DNA of 64,000 nt, from contig NC_042999.1 of the NCBI RefSeq assembly GCF_006345805.1, positions 90,458,001-90,522,000 of the forward strand, written 5' to 3'. A model generated the notes under the pieces. That model searched no databases. It had not been told where the DNA came from and saw only the letters and a list, made by a program, of their open reading frames with translations. The position numbers and the translations under genes are program-made. Origin of the DNA: Octopus sinensis. Its lineage: Eukaryota. Below, in pieces: positions 35,216-48,820 of this stretch; position 1 is the stretch's first letter; each line of letters opens with the position of its first letter.

Positions 35216-35644
35216 CATTCCCATATACCTGAGTAAATACATCTATTGTGAATCTGTACTGTGTTTCATAACCATGAAATTGATGTAATGATCACAACAG
35301 TGATATTGTGCTTGGCTGAGGTTAAATCTATTGTAAGGCCATAGAAGTGGTTCCCTTTAAGAATTATTGTAAGCATGACAGCTGCAATAACCTTCTCTAG
35401 TAAATCCATTGATAGACCAGGGTGACACTTACTGTAGTAACCATAGTGATGTTTACTTCAACATCTCCCATCTCTGATCATAAAGTCCCATTCTTAAATG
35501 TTGGTTGAGTGAAGAATTGCATGAGAAAACTAGTTTTAGATAAATGAAATAAGATAGAAATTAATTTTAAAATTCTGTATTGATTAAGCTGTTAGTTATA
35601 ATGTGTGTGTGCATGAGAGAGAGAGAGAGGGAGAGAGAGAGGGA

Positions 35645-35698
<54 letters not shown>

Positions 35699-36456
35699 AA
35701 CGTCCCTTGCTGATTCCAATCTCCACTCTTACTACAATGCTTCCCTCTCTTCTGCTGTCTCACTACTTAGTGAAAGAGTGATAGATAGCTAAAGAGACAG
35801 ACAGACAGATAGGTGGATAGAAAGATAGATAGATAGACTGATAGATAGCTATATAGATACTCAAATACAGAGAGATGCAATCACTCTTGGCTCTATTTAC
35901 TCTTCCTCCCTCTTAATCTTCAGCCTGGTCTACTTTCTGAGAGAAAAAAAAATAAAGAGAGAGAGAGAGAGAGAAAAAATATAAAGAAATTTTTTTCACT
36001 CCCACTCCTGTTTCTTGCTCATCTCACCATACTACCCCTGCACCTTCCTCTATTTGCTCACCATTAGCAGATAAACTATAGGGCTATTGATTAACAAGTA
36101 GTCATTAAATTTTACCAGATGCTTCATCCTGACTGTTCTGTCTTGATATCACAAGCTATTTTATTATTTCTGCTTCATTTCTAATGTTAATCTAAAAGAT
36201 ATCATACTTGAATGCAGATTAATAGAACCAAAATTTCAGATGAGTTATCATGTATAACTCAAGAATCTTGCTGTTTCCCTTCACCTTCGTACTCAGCCAC
36301 TTTGTTGTCCTAAGAATATTATAGCTAGGGATTTGGATTTTTGTTTCCTTTCTACTGCAGCATTTGCATGAGTGTTGCATGTTTGTATGAGCTTGTGCGG
36401 GTTTTTTGCACAAACATGCATCCATGCACATACAGATATATGTACATACAAAATGC

Positions 36457-36521
<65 letters not shown>

Positions 36522-38325
36522 GCACAACTCTGCAAACTTCCATATGTATATGTACAAACACAAAGCAAAAATCACACATAAGCATATATATAAATGAAAA
36601 AATGCATTGTAAATAAATAATGACAAATAAAAAACATATATGTATAAGACACAGAGGCTCCCTAAGCATTACCCATCATTCTTATCTTTTGGCCACAAGG
36701 CCGTATTTTGTTTGTTTCGTCTTAAATTACATTTTTTTACTTTCATATGTCCATTCTGTGTCGTTTTGTTTGCTTGAGTATATACACTCTGTATCCATTT
36801 TATTTGTTTGAGGCTTGTTTCTGTGTCTTTCACAGACACAGCCAAGATGGGAGACCCCTCAGTCTTATCATTAAAGGTGTGAAACTGAGTATTACCATTC
36901 TGGTTGATAACTGATGAAGAATTTATGGGCCCTCTGTGTCTTATATTTATATGTTTTTTTATCTATCATTTATTTATAATGCCTTTTTACATTTATTAGT
37001 AATGGTATGCAACACACACCAGACATATATATATATATATATATACATATGTATGTATATATAAACATTGATAAATCTTTCTCCTTGTAATGATGAAGAA
37101 GCCTTGAGAGTAGATTTGCTAGATAGAAACTGAAAGAAGCCCATTGTATAAATGCATGTACATATACATGCATGTGTGTGTGTGTGTGTTTCTTGCCTTG
37201 ACATTGTGCAATAGTTGTTAACGAGGATCCCTATCATACAGTTTTCTTCATTTCCGATCTACTGTAGATAAATGTCTGGCCATGGAAAAGTATTATCTTG
37301 CTTGGAAACAGGTGAGTGTTGGGGACAGGAAGAATATCTAACCATTGAAAATCTAGCTGAGTGAATTCCATCTAACCCATCTAAGAATGAAAAAGTAGAT
37401 GTTAAAATGACAAACCAATGATGAACTCTAAAAATATTACTTTTGCTCAATCAACAGAACAACCAACTCATGAAACTAAGGGGTGTATGTAGCTAAGTGT
37501 GCCAAGTACACTTCTATGCTAAATGTAATCCTCAAACTGAATCTATGTGTGCATTATGTGACAATGCTGCTTCATCAGAATAATAGATACAGTCCTTCTG
37601 ATGGGCTTCTACAGTTTCCTTCTACCTAGTTTCTTTGAGTCTATGATAGAAGCAGTGTGTAGCTTCTTGAGCAGCAATAAATAGCAACTAAATATTCTTA
37701 TGTTCTTATGAAAGGAAGACTAATCTATGTTTCATTTATTATGTTTGAGTTAAAAATAGGACAGTCACTTTGAATGTTGGTCTGCTAAATAATAATTGCC
37801 CAATTTCACTCACAGAGCTTTGTAGAAGATACTTGCCTGTGGGTATCACACAGTGGAATCAAAATCAGGACTTTGGGATTGTAAAACAAACATTTTAGAT
37901 ATTTAGTCATATCTGTACTCTATATCTTCCTTTCTTTCTCTCTGTCCTTTCCATTGTAGTGTGTTCTCTTTCACTTTGCTAACTCCTAGATGTCTCCAAC
38001 AGTGCCAGTGCCACTAAATGCACTAAATAAACTCTGTAAGTGATTGGTAACTAATTTGATCAGTAACAACGCAGGGCTTGAAATGCCTTGCTGATGATAA
38101 TGGAGCCACTATAGTGCTGGTATCATGAAAAAAATGCACACTGTACATCTCGTAAAGTGATGGATGTTAGGAAAGGCATCCAAGTCAAAATTGGAACATT
38201 GAATCCTATGCATGTAACACTGGAAAACAGATATAAAATAATAATGATAATGATGTGTATATGTATATATACAAGTATAGTACAAGCTATTGAGAAATCC
38301 ATCAGAATGCATCTCTCTTTATAAT

Positions 38326-38475
38326 ATGAAAATCAAGTGAAAATCAATGGGAAAATTTATTTTATGCTACAGGATTTTGCATTACACCATCTAATGTATT
38401 CCTGATAATCTTACTGTCCTGTGAAATCCTGTGATGTGAAATTAATTTTCCCACTGATCTTCTTTTGATTTTCAT
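38326..38475. repeat. 150-bp fold-back
   Basis: 38326-38381 versus the reverse complement of 38420-38475: 44/56, mostly transitions. Confidence 0.75.
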
Positions 38476-38764
38476 GTTTTAAAGCGAGATTGTTCTTGTG
38501 AATCTTCAAAAAGACAAAAAAAGAAAAGAAAAAAGAAAAAAATTATTAGCAACAAAATTACTTTCATGCATTACAATAACAATTTCTAAATATATGCAGT
38601 ATAATATATATACATAGACACATTTCAAGAGAAATATGATAGGGAATAAATAGTAATTGTAATATTATAATAGGGACCATTCTCATCACAAAAGAGAGTT
38701 TACTATCATGAGAGATGGTGAAATGAAAGTGACAGGCAGTATTAGGGACACTGTCAGGGGAGAC

Positions 38765-38797
<33 letters not shown>

Positions 38798-38984
38798 TGT
38801 ATGTATGTATGTATGTATGTATGTATGTATGTATGTATGCATGCATGCATGTGTGTGTGTGTGTGTGTATAGGATATATATATATATATACAGGGGTTGG
38901 ACAAAATAATGAAAACACCTTAAGATTTCAAAAAAAATTATTTTAATATGGGGTATATATATATTTACATATATATACATATGT

Positions 38985-39372
38985 AGGAGTGGTTGCGTGG
39001 GAAAAAGCTTGCATCCCAACCACATGGTTCCATATTCAGTCCTACTGCATGCCCACCTTGGGCAAGTATCTTCTACTATAGCCTCAAACTAACCAAACCC
39101 TTTTGAGTGGATTTGGTAGGCAAAAACTGAAAGAAGCCCATCAGATATATCTATGTGTGTGTCTTTGTGTCTGTGTTTGTCTCCTCAATACTGCTTGACA
39201 ACAAGTGTTGGTGTGTTTATGTCCCTGTAACTTAGTGGTTCAGCAAAAGAGATTGATACAATGAGTACCAGACCTAAAGAATAAGTACTGGGGTTGATTC
39301 ATTCGACTAAAAATTCAAGGTGGTACCCCAGCATAGCTGCAGTCTAATGACTGAAACAAGATAAAAGATAAA
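38985..39372 (+). mobile_element. SINE family A, full length
   Basis: Head, body and tail all align with 4947-5344. Confidence 0.85.
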
Positions 39373-39383
39373 TGATAAAAGAT

Positions 39384-39417
<34 letters not shown>

Positions 39418-41409
39418 TGTATGTATGTATGTATGTATGTATGTATGTATGTATGTATGTATGTATGTATGTATGTGTGTGTGTGTTGTGTTTCTTTCTT
39501 CATATATATATTGTATATATATATATACACATACATACATGCACATACATTACACAGACATCCATATATCCTTATTCACACACCACAATCATACCTATAA
39601 CATTATATTTGAACTAGATAGGAATAACTTTTCATATAGATATATTATCTGAAACACAGCTATGTTCCACTTTTTCATTATATCGTTTTTAGATACTTCC
39701 TTTTCAATGTTTTGGAAGAATGTTGTTCCAATGGCTATTATGTTATCAATGTGTCAAGACATTTTTATCCTTTACTTTTTCATTGAACTCATTTGAACTG
39801 GTGGCTGCCAACAAGTCTGTGAAAACATTCTTTATGTAAATATACAAACATGAAAGTTGTAAAGAAAATTTGACAGAACACAAGTCAAATTTTATAATAA
39901 TATGAAAGAGACTACCAAATCTCAAAGCACTTAAAAGATTAGTAGAGCCTCTCTGTACTTAATCTCTGAACATGCAAGAAATAGTAGGCAAACCTCTGTG
40001 AAATTACACATCCTCTTAAAAGAAGAACAATATATTAGGTAGCATTAACTCTAGATATATTTGAATTTAAGAGTCAGACAGAATTTCTAATAGTCACAGA
40101 TTCTCATTTGACTAATACATATTCAAGAACAAGAATGAAAACACAGTAGAGTATAGAGAAGAAGACAAAATTAGATTGCAATACATGTACAAAAAATGCA
40201 ATCATTTTAAATAGAGTATCTAGTGTTAAGACATTTAAAAGATCTGTTGATCCAACAAAGAAGTCAGCACCTAGTCTCTCTATCTGCCAAAATGCAGTAG
40301 CCAAAATTTCTGACAACAGTTATCTTAAAGAGGTAAAGATAATACTTTAGTCAATGTAGTCCTACATTTGCTATATCTGAATTAAAAAAAAAAATGACAT
40401 GGTTATAACTAATAAGGCTGACTTGGAACTAAACAACAACAAGATTAGTTATGAAATCAATCTTGATAATACATTATAACTAAACACTGATCATCAATAT
40501 CAGATCTTAGAAACATATTCTGATTACAGATATCTGGCACCAATACTCAGGAAATTTGATGTTTGAACACAACTAAGGCGAAACGAAAGCATAACAAAAA
40601 TATTTCATCATCCTCATATCCTTTTTAAAACTGAGAAAAGATAGCAGGACTGAATTTTCCTTTACATGATAAATGTTAATTGTATCATGGTTCTGGAACC
40701 TTTTTATACTAGCAATTACAACAACAATACTAAAAACAATAACAAAAAGAAATCTATTAAGGCTGTTTTCTTTACCAAAGTTGAGCTTAATCTTTGCAGA
40801 TTCCAAGGTCAGCTTTCTTTTATTTTATCCTATATGCAAATACCACACTCACAAGTAAATTTGTTCTCATTTTCTCCTCTGTCACCTTTAGCCATGTCTT
40901 CCTCAGTTTTCCATCTCTTTATGTCAGTCCACATTTATTTCCATTACTCCTCTCATCAAGTAGCATACATACTTCTATATCCATTTCTCTTCACATCTAT
41001 TACTGAACCATTTCCATTCTTTTAAGCTATACTCTATATTCATTACCTATGTTTAGCTCTCATAAATCATGATACTTCATACTCTAACAGCATGCACCTT
41101 TTCCGTCAGTTTCAGCAAATCAATTATTTCACAAAACTTCTTCCATATTCATTTCACTCAAGCTACTTTGGAACAAGGATTGTAGAGATCCATGCTGAGT
41201 GTTTTCTTTTGAGGGGCACCAGATGACATTCCATTGTTTTTACTTGCAAAGGACTAATGTTCAACCAGCCTTTTCATCTTCATATTTACACATTAACAAA
41301 AGTAACCACAAAGTTTTAAACTTTCATTAAAAAAAATGGTATGAACAGATGGACACTTATGAAACTTTCAGATGGTAGGAATACAAAAGTAGCCATGGTT
41401 TCAAAATTT

Positions 41410-41590
41410 GGTGCACGGCCAACAATTACAGGGGAAAGGGATAGTTGATTATATCAACCCCCGTGCCTAACTTGTATGTATTTTATTGACCCCAAAAGGA
41501 TAAAAGGTAAAGTTGACCTTGGCAGAATTTAAACTCAGAACATAAAGATGGACAAAATACTGTTAAGTATTTTGCCCATTGTGCTAACAA
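41410..41590 (-). mobile_element. SINE family B
   Basis: AAAGGTAAAGTTGACCTTGGCAGAATTTAAACTCAGAA...GCTAACAATTCTGCCAGCTC. Confidence 0.75.
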
Positions 41591-42559
41591 TTCTGCCAGC
41601 TCACAGCCTTAACAGCAAAAGTAATAATGAAGATAATTAGAAACCAGCATATCTTTTTGATTTGTTTTCTTTTTTTTTTTACATTATTAGATTGAAATGT
41701 TATTGAGAAGAAGAGTTATGTCCACAAAAAAAAGCAGACAAAATCGAACTTTCTGGATTCTATGATAAAATTACTTGGAGTAGGCATCATAGAAAATATT
41801 GATTGCACTTGTTTAATTGTTTCTATCATAGAAACTGTTAATTACACATTGTTTTGATTGAAAGTTGCAATAATAGCCGACATTGATGAAAGCATGGTCA
41901 GTGAGATAATCTTGCTGTCAGTTGCTACAATGTATGCTTGCTACAACCTTTTTCACTACAACTCCCAGTCAAAGGAAAACTGTTAGCCTATCCTTGCCAC
42001 ACAAGAGTGATGGGGCAATTTTTACAAAGGACTTGATTGACAGCTGGATTTGTTCCATGTGACAGCAGTCATTCAACATAGCTCTACATGTTTTGCATCT
42101 CAAATAGACTATTTGCACCTCAAATAGACTTAACTTTGGTATTATTCAGAACCAGCATTGCTGTGCAGTATCACAACTGAACTAGAGATTTCTTTCAGTT
42201 GTCCATAGTCTCCAGGCTGGAAATAGTCCAGAATAGACTATTCAAATCATCTTTTATACCCACCACTGGTTTAATAAAATGGTTGACATACCACTAACTG
42301 CATGGCCCAGTGGGTAGAAAATGTGAACACTGAGCAACAAATTAGATCTTAGGTCAGCAGTGGGAAAACAAACCTGACAAACAGTGATCACACCGGCATG
42401 CTATTCATGGATCTTTATAGACACCACAGTCAGAGTGCATCATTAACCACAGCATACTGAGCCATCTGTACACTAGATGAACAAGCTTTATTTATAGCTT
42501 GATCTACTTTAGTTCCACCATTAAAAATGGTGTATTACATACATACATACATACATACA

Positions 42560-42645
<86 letters not shown>

Positions 42646-42891
42646 CGTGCGTGTGCATGTATTGAAATATGGTATATACACTAATTCATTCCTTATTAAT
42701 CTTCTATGCACAAGCATCACACACATTAATCCATATTTACCATGCTAAACTTACATTGCTTCCTGTGAACAGATACCTGAAAAATCATCTTATAATGAGT
42801 ACAAACAACTTAGTCTCCTATTACAAAGACAGAATCATTAGCCAGTGATGCAGTCTTGCACTCACCATATTGCATGGTGACTTCACATGTA

Positions 42892-43107
42892 CTGATGGGT
42901 GCTGAAAAATTCCTGACTTTAATGGTATTGTGAAAGGCCTGGTTGGAGGCCCAAACTTCTGAGTTCTTTTATAGGGTTTAGAAAATCTGAAGGATCACAG
43001 CAATAAGAGAGTAAATCTGAGAGGAGAATATGTTGAATAAAATCATAATTAACTGATCTGCTTGTATTTTCTTTTATCCAAATCAAGGAACTTTTCAGCA
43101 CCCCTCG
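42892..43107 (+). mobile_element. Mariner-derived MITE
   Basis: TIRs (C)TGATGGGTGCTGAAAAATTCC and GGAACTTTTCAGCACCCCTCG, TA on both sides, interior matching a mariner C-terminus. Confidence 0.8.
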
Positions 43108-43584
43108 TATAACATTGCTGTAACATCATCATATTGACCAAGTTTCTCCAAAAACAAGAAAAAAACTTCAATCCATGTCTGGCAAATTACTCTCAACACT
43201 CTAGTGCTACATGCATGAGAGTATTGATCGAAGACTGTGTTGTATATTCAAAGATTTGAATATGCATCACAAAACTAATAAACTGATTTAGAAGGACTAT
43301 TTTACCAGCACATTTATGATTATGGCTAATTTATTACATTTCTCTTTGTTCCTTTGAATTAGTATATTGCATATCATGTCCACTCACACCTATTACAACT
43401 CTCTGAGTTCTATATTTTGTTCCATCTCACTACAGTATCATACTAAACATTTTAGAATTTTCCTACAAGTCCATGTTTTCCTACAAGATTTTGTCCTACA
43501 AGACCATGTGTTTGTCCTACAGATGTCTGCTGCACATCACTAATGTCATTCTGATCAATCTGAAAGAGATGTCAAAGAGCATGT

Positions 43585-43623
<39 letters not shown>

Positions 43624-43646
43624 CTTTCTCTCTCTCTCCCTCTTTC

Positions 43647-43739
<93 letters not shown>

Positions 43740-44461
43740 ATCTCTCCTTATGTGCCATGTGTACAGGAGTTGGTGGTCATAGAACTCCATACCTTTGTAT
43801 CCTAGTCACAACTTACCACTTTGTTGGGCCAATATTTTTGAAGATGAGTGCTGTGTGAGAAAAAAAAAGAGTTCAACAAAACAAGTGAAAAAGAAAGAAA
43901 ACAGCGATAAAAGAACAAAGAAAATTCCTTTTTGTTAAGAATAAATTTTAATGTTTTTCCTAATCTTTTGTGTTATCTCTTCTCAGTACCATTTTCTAAG
44001 TTCAAATATGAAGCATTACATTCTCTTGTGATTTTTACTTGTCTGTTATTCTAGATACTGAAACAAAGTGGAGACTAGAACTAAGTATTTCTAGCAGGTA
44101 TTGATTTCAATTGTAATAAGTATTTTTACCACCAATAATTAGCTTACGTAACTTCCTTAGCAAATTATAATGAATTTTCCTGAATTGTTCTTTATCTTAG
44201 TAAAAAGAAAAACAAGAATAAAAATAAAACTGACATGTTTTGGAATATTGGATGCTTTTAGTTTTTGTTAGTTACAAACAGCATGATTGGTTTATTCAAT
44301 TAAATTTTGGAGTTGGTTTTGGTTAATCCATTTTGTTTAGCTTATCAGTTGTAATGACGACAATCAATAGCCAAACAGATAAGCAGTTAGCTTCTGTTAG
44401 AGATGGGATCTTAACACTGGTGTCCTGCCATGTTATCAGTAAACTACTAATCATACCATTC

Positions 44462-44484
<23 letters not shown>

Positions 44485-44493
<9 letters not shown>

Positions 44494-44800
44494 GCGTTGC
44501 CTTACTGGCACCTGAACAAAATATTCGAGCGAGGTCGTTGCCAGTGCTGCTGGACTGACTCCTGTGCAGGTGGCACATAAAAAGCACCATTTGAGCATTG
44601 CCAGTACCGCCTGACTGGCCCTTGTGCCAGTGGCACGTAAAAGCACCCACTACACTCTCAGAGTCATTGGTGTTAGGAAGGTCATCCAGCTGTAGAAACT
44701 CTGCCAGATCAGATCAGAGCCTGGTGCAGCCATCTGGTTCGCCAGACCTCAGTCAAATCGTCCAACCCTTGCTAGCATTGAAAGTGGATGATGATGATAT
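44485..44800 (+). mobile_element. RTE 3'-tail repeat ending in (GAT)n
   Basis: Aligns with 31064-31362 and 58414-58586. Confidence 0.85.
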
Positions 44801-45597
44801 ATTACATGAGAAAATGGGAGCTAGGGAAATAATATTCTTAAGATTATAAATCTGGAAAAGTACAGGACAAATTATTATATCTGGTAAGGTACAGAACAAG
44901 AAAATTCTTGCTTAAAATATTGTAGCTAAGGATAAAATTTCAAATAAAGTATTTAGATTTAGAAAATATTAGCTTTTATGAAAACTAAAAAATTTTGTTA
45001 CAAGTTATTACTTCTGTTTCTTATTAGTTGTTTCTTCTATAAAAATTTTAAAATAACTCAAAACGTTCTTTGAACCTTAAAAAAATTCATTTCTTTAATT
45101 ATTAATTAATAATTAGAAATTTGAAAATAGGTTATAAAAAGTAATAGTAGTACATAATTAGTACAATAAATAAACTAATAAAAAAATTAGTTACATATTA
45201 TAGTAAAATCTACCTATAACAATAAATTCAAAGTAAAACTTGCTTGAGTTATTGCCCAAGTTATTACCAAGTCTTCACTTTTTCATTCTTGACCCAATGC
45301 TTATTTTTACATAATGAATTTGCCTGCCATATACTATCCTACTTTGCATAAAAATTTAGCTATATTGGTACTTCTGGCTCACATTTTTTTAAGTATTCTA
45401 GTTAACAAAATGATGGTACCTTTTTTAATTATGTTACTTTGTAAATTAAAATCAAATAATTTTTAATATTCAAATTTTATCCTTAAGTAAAACTTTTTTT
45501 GTTCTGTACTTTACCAGATATAATAACTTGTCCTGAACTTTTCCAGATTTATAATCTTAAGAATATTATTTCTCTTGCTCACATTTTTCCATGTAAT
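44801..45597. repeat. ~800-bp fold-back / MITE-like element with ~140-bp inverted arms
   Basis: Core 44826-44899 versus the reverse complement of 45499-45572: 71/74 identical. Termini ATTACATG...CATGTAAT. Confidence 0.88.
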
Positions 45598-45675
45598 CCA
45601 TGTTTTTTCCATGTAATCCATGCTATTATGCTAATTAATATTGTATCAATTAATAATTTAAGATGTTATTGAAAA

Positions 45676-46322
45676 TTACCTTAATGATGCCAGTGACATA
45701 TATTGAAAGTCCCCTTATAGAACTATATTCATAAAAAAGTATAGAACTATATTATCACCCACAAGTTTAAGAAACAAACACTCATAACTTTTTTTCTTTT
45801 TAAACTTCTTTCTTGTCTCAGATATTATGGGACTGTGTTTACAGGATATAATTGCATTAATTAAAATGGATGATGTAATTAAACTAATTGCAAATTAGCA
45901 GTGTCGTTGATAATTTTTTCCTTACCTCAATGATGCCAGTAACATATTAAAAGTCCCCTTATAGAACTATATTCATAAAAAAGTATAGAACTATATTATC
46001 ATCCTCAAATTTGAGAAACAAACACTCATAACATTTTTCTTTTGAAACTTCATTGCATGAGATTGATACCATGAAATTCCCCAAATTGAGCTCTATCATT
46101 TAAGCTTAATAAAAATATAGCTTGTTTTTAAAATAAAAAAGTTCATTATACTTGAATCCAATTTTTTACCTTATATTTTTTTCATATTTTACCTCAACTT
46201 TTTGATACAAATTTTTGTTGCATGGGGCCAAAACTATGAAATTCCTCATGCTTTCTTCTATCATTGAAGCTAAGATAAATATATTTTGCTTTTAAAATAA
46301 AAAAGTTATTTTATTTAGATCT
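45676..46322. repeat. Two pairs of dispersed direct repeats (~130 bp and ~88 bp)
   Basis: 45676-45808 matches 45922-46051, and 46071-46160 matches 46236-46322. Confidence 0.8.
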
Positions 46323-47074
46323 AAACTTGATTGGCGGTGTTACTTACTCTCCTATAACATTGCTAGAAATTTTGATGTGAACTTTTTCTACTGGACCAAA
46401 TCTCAATTTTTTTAATGCCAAAATATAGCTAGGGACCAGTCTTCTCCCAAAATGTTAACAGTTTTGAATTTGGTTAAGAACTTAATTAGCAACAAAGCTC
46501 TGAAGTTGCAAGTGTGTGAGTAAATTGCAGCCTTAAGAATATTTTTCAACTACTACCGTAGTTGAATGATAATAGGGATGGATGGAAGATAAAAGATGGT
46601 CCTCAACTTCTGATGAAATCATAGGAGCATTGTCATAATATATGATGAGTCTTAAGCATTTTAAACCTGGCAGAATCCATTTGTCTTCAGGTGTGAACAT
46701 AGCTGTTTTTTTTTTTTTTTTTTTCGAGAGAGAGAGGAATCAGCTCCAGTGTAGAACTAGTACTTTATTGACTTGAAAAGGATGAAAGGCAAATTTGACC
46801 TTGCTGAGATTTGAAGATGATGTGCATAGACCCAGAATGAATACTGCAAGGCATTCTATCAGATGTTCTAATGATTTTGTTGGACGTGAAAATATAATGT
46901 GAGTAAATATTATTCCAAAAGTTTGTAATACAAACCAGTTTCTTTTTTGTCTACCTTGGCTTTCCTTATGTAAATGAAGTTTGTTTTTACATATACTCCA
47001 AAAACATTTCGTTTAGTAATGCTTGAACAAATTGTGTTTTGAAGGCAGAATGATAATAATCCTCTTTTATTTTG

Positions 47075-47892
47075 GCTTCAGGCCAGAAATTGTGAGTGGT
47101 GAGGAAAACAATTACACTGACCCTCAGTGCTCAATTGATACTTATTTTATCAACCCTGAAAGAATGAAAGGCAAAGTTGACCCAGATGGATTTTGAACTT
47201 GGAATGTAGGGTTGGATGAAATGTCACAAAGCCTTTTGTCTGGCATGCTAACAATTCTGCTAAATTGCTGCCTTAATAACAATGGTCTCAAATTTTGGCA
47301 CAAGGCCAGCAGGTTTGCAGTTGGGCTTAAGTTGATCAAATTGACCCCAGTGTTCAACTGGTACTTATTTTATCAACCCTAAAAAGATGAAAGGCAAAGT
47401 TAACCCCATCAGAATTTGAACTCAGAATGTAAAGACAGATGAGATATTGCTAAGCATTTCGCCTGGCATGCTAACAATTCTGCCAGCTTGCCACCTATAA
47501 TAATAATAATATTAATCCTTTCTATAGGCACAAGGCCTGAAATTTGAGGGAGGGAACTAGTTGATAACATCAACCCCAGTTTTTGACTGGTACTTATTTT
47601 ATCAACCTTAAAAGGATGAAAGGCAGTATCAACCTCAGAGGAATTTGAACTCAGAATGTAGCACCAGATGAAATACCTATTTCTTTATTACCCACAAGGG
47701 GCTAAACACAGAGAGGACAAACAAGGACAGACAAACGGATTAAGTCGATTATATCAACCCCAGTGCGTAACTGGTACTTATTTAATCAACCACAAAAGGA
47801 TGAAAGGCAAAGTCAATTTGAACTCTGAACGTAATGGCAGACGAAATACCGCTAAGCATTTCACCAGGCATGTTAACGATTCTGCCAGCTCT
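47075..47892 (-). mobile_element. Head-to-tail array of four SINE family B copies
   Basis: Four GATGAAAGGCA...TTTGAACT bodies (near 47165, 47387, 47616 and 47798), mostly joined by AATAAT tracts. Confidence 0.85.
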
Positions 47893-48390
47893 AATAGTAA
47901 TAACAATAATAATGATGATGATGATGATGATGATGAGAATAATAATAGCAATGGCTGAGTTTATATAAAAGAAGATTAATGAAACAATCTGTATTTCTTA
48001 TTTCTTTTATGGTAGTTTCTATAAAGCTCATTTATAATTCCAATATAGCAACCAAATCTCCCATAACAAACTTGCAATTACTTTTAGAGTTACTAAATAA
48101 TAAATGTTACAATACACTGGAGGTGAATTATTAAATAAAAGTGACTTATAGCAGATGATGTTTTAGTTATATCAATTGACTGGTCTTAGAAAGCCATTCT
48201 GGATGTTATTTAAGTTTTGTGTGATTGAATGCAAATAGTATTGTGTATTATATTTAGGAGATTACTAATTACATTCACTATAGCTAGGCTATTATTAACA
48301 TCTATGAGTCAAACTTACTTCAATATCCATTTTATTTCCTCCTATGCTTGTGTACGTGAGTATGTAATATATATATATATATATATATAT

Positions 48391-48590
48391 ACCAGAGTAA
48401 GCACATAAATGTGAAACAAGGTGGAAAATAGAGTACTCAAATACCAGAGGTAGAGTAATATGCTTTATTTAAAAGCAGCATAAATATAACAAAAGCTGTT
48501 ACTCCGAGTTTCACGTTCCCTTTCATCGGACAGTTTTGTTAAAACTGTCCGACATATGGGAATGTGAAACGGGAACGTGCTTTTAAATAG
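48391..48590 (-). mobile_element. Short (TA)n-embedded repeat with an inverted hammerhead-like pair
   Basis: Flanked on both sides by (TA)n. Internal hairpin at 48508-48570. Confidence 0.6.
48489..48539 (-). ncRNA. Type I hammerhead-like variant (core CCGAUGA)
   Basis: Minus strand: ACAAAA CTGT-CCGATGA-AAG GGAA CGT-GAA-ACTCGGAGT-A-ACAG C TTTTGT. 10-bp bulged stem I and GUA triplet. Confidence 0.5.
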
Positions 48591-48596
48591 AGTATA

Positions 48597-48660
<64 letters not shown>

Positions 48661-48675
48661 ACCATTCCGAAATAT

Positions 48676-48716
<41 letters not shown>

Positions 48717-48820
48717 GGTCCCGGGTTGAGTCGGGGTTAACCACAGTAAATAAGGTTCTAGTCCTGTAGAAGCTTCTTCTATAAAATATATATATATATA
48801 ATTCTTATATAAAAATGTTG

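Noticed and set aside
36890-36917. GAAACTGAGTA...CTGATGA in type II hammerhead order
   Set aside because: Stem II strands do not pair and stem I is poor.
40100-40590. Patchy peptides suggestive of a decayed PLE endonuclease or LINE
   Set aside because: No diagnostic motif survives and the frames are short, so it cannot be supported without a profile search.
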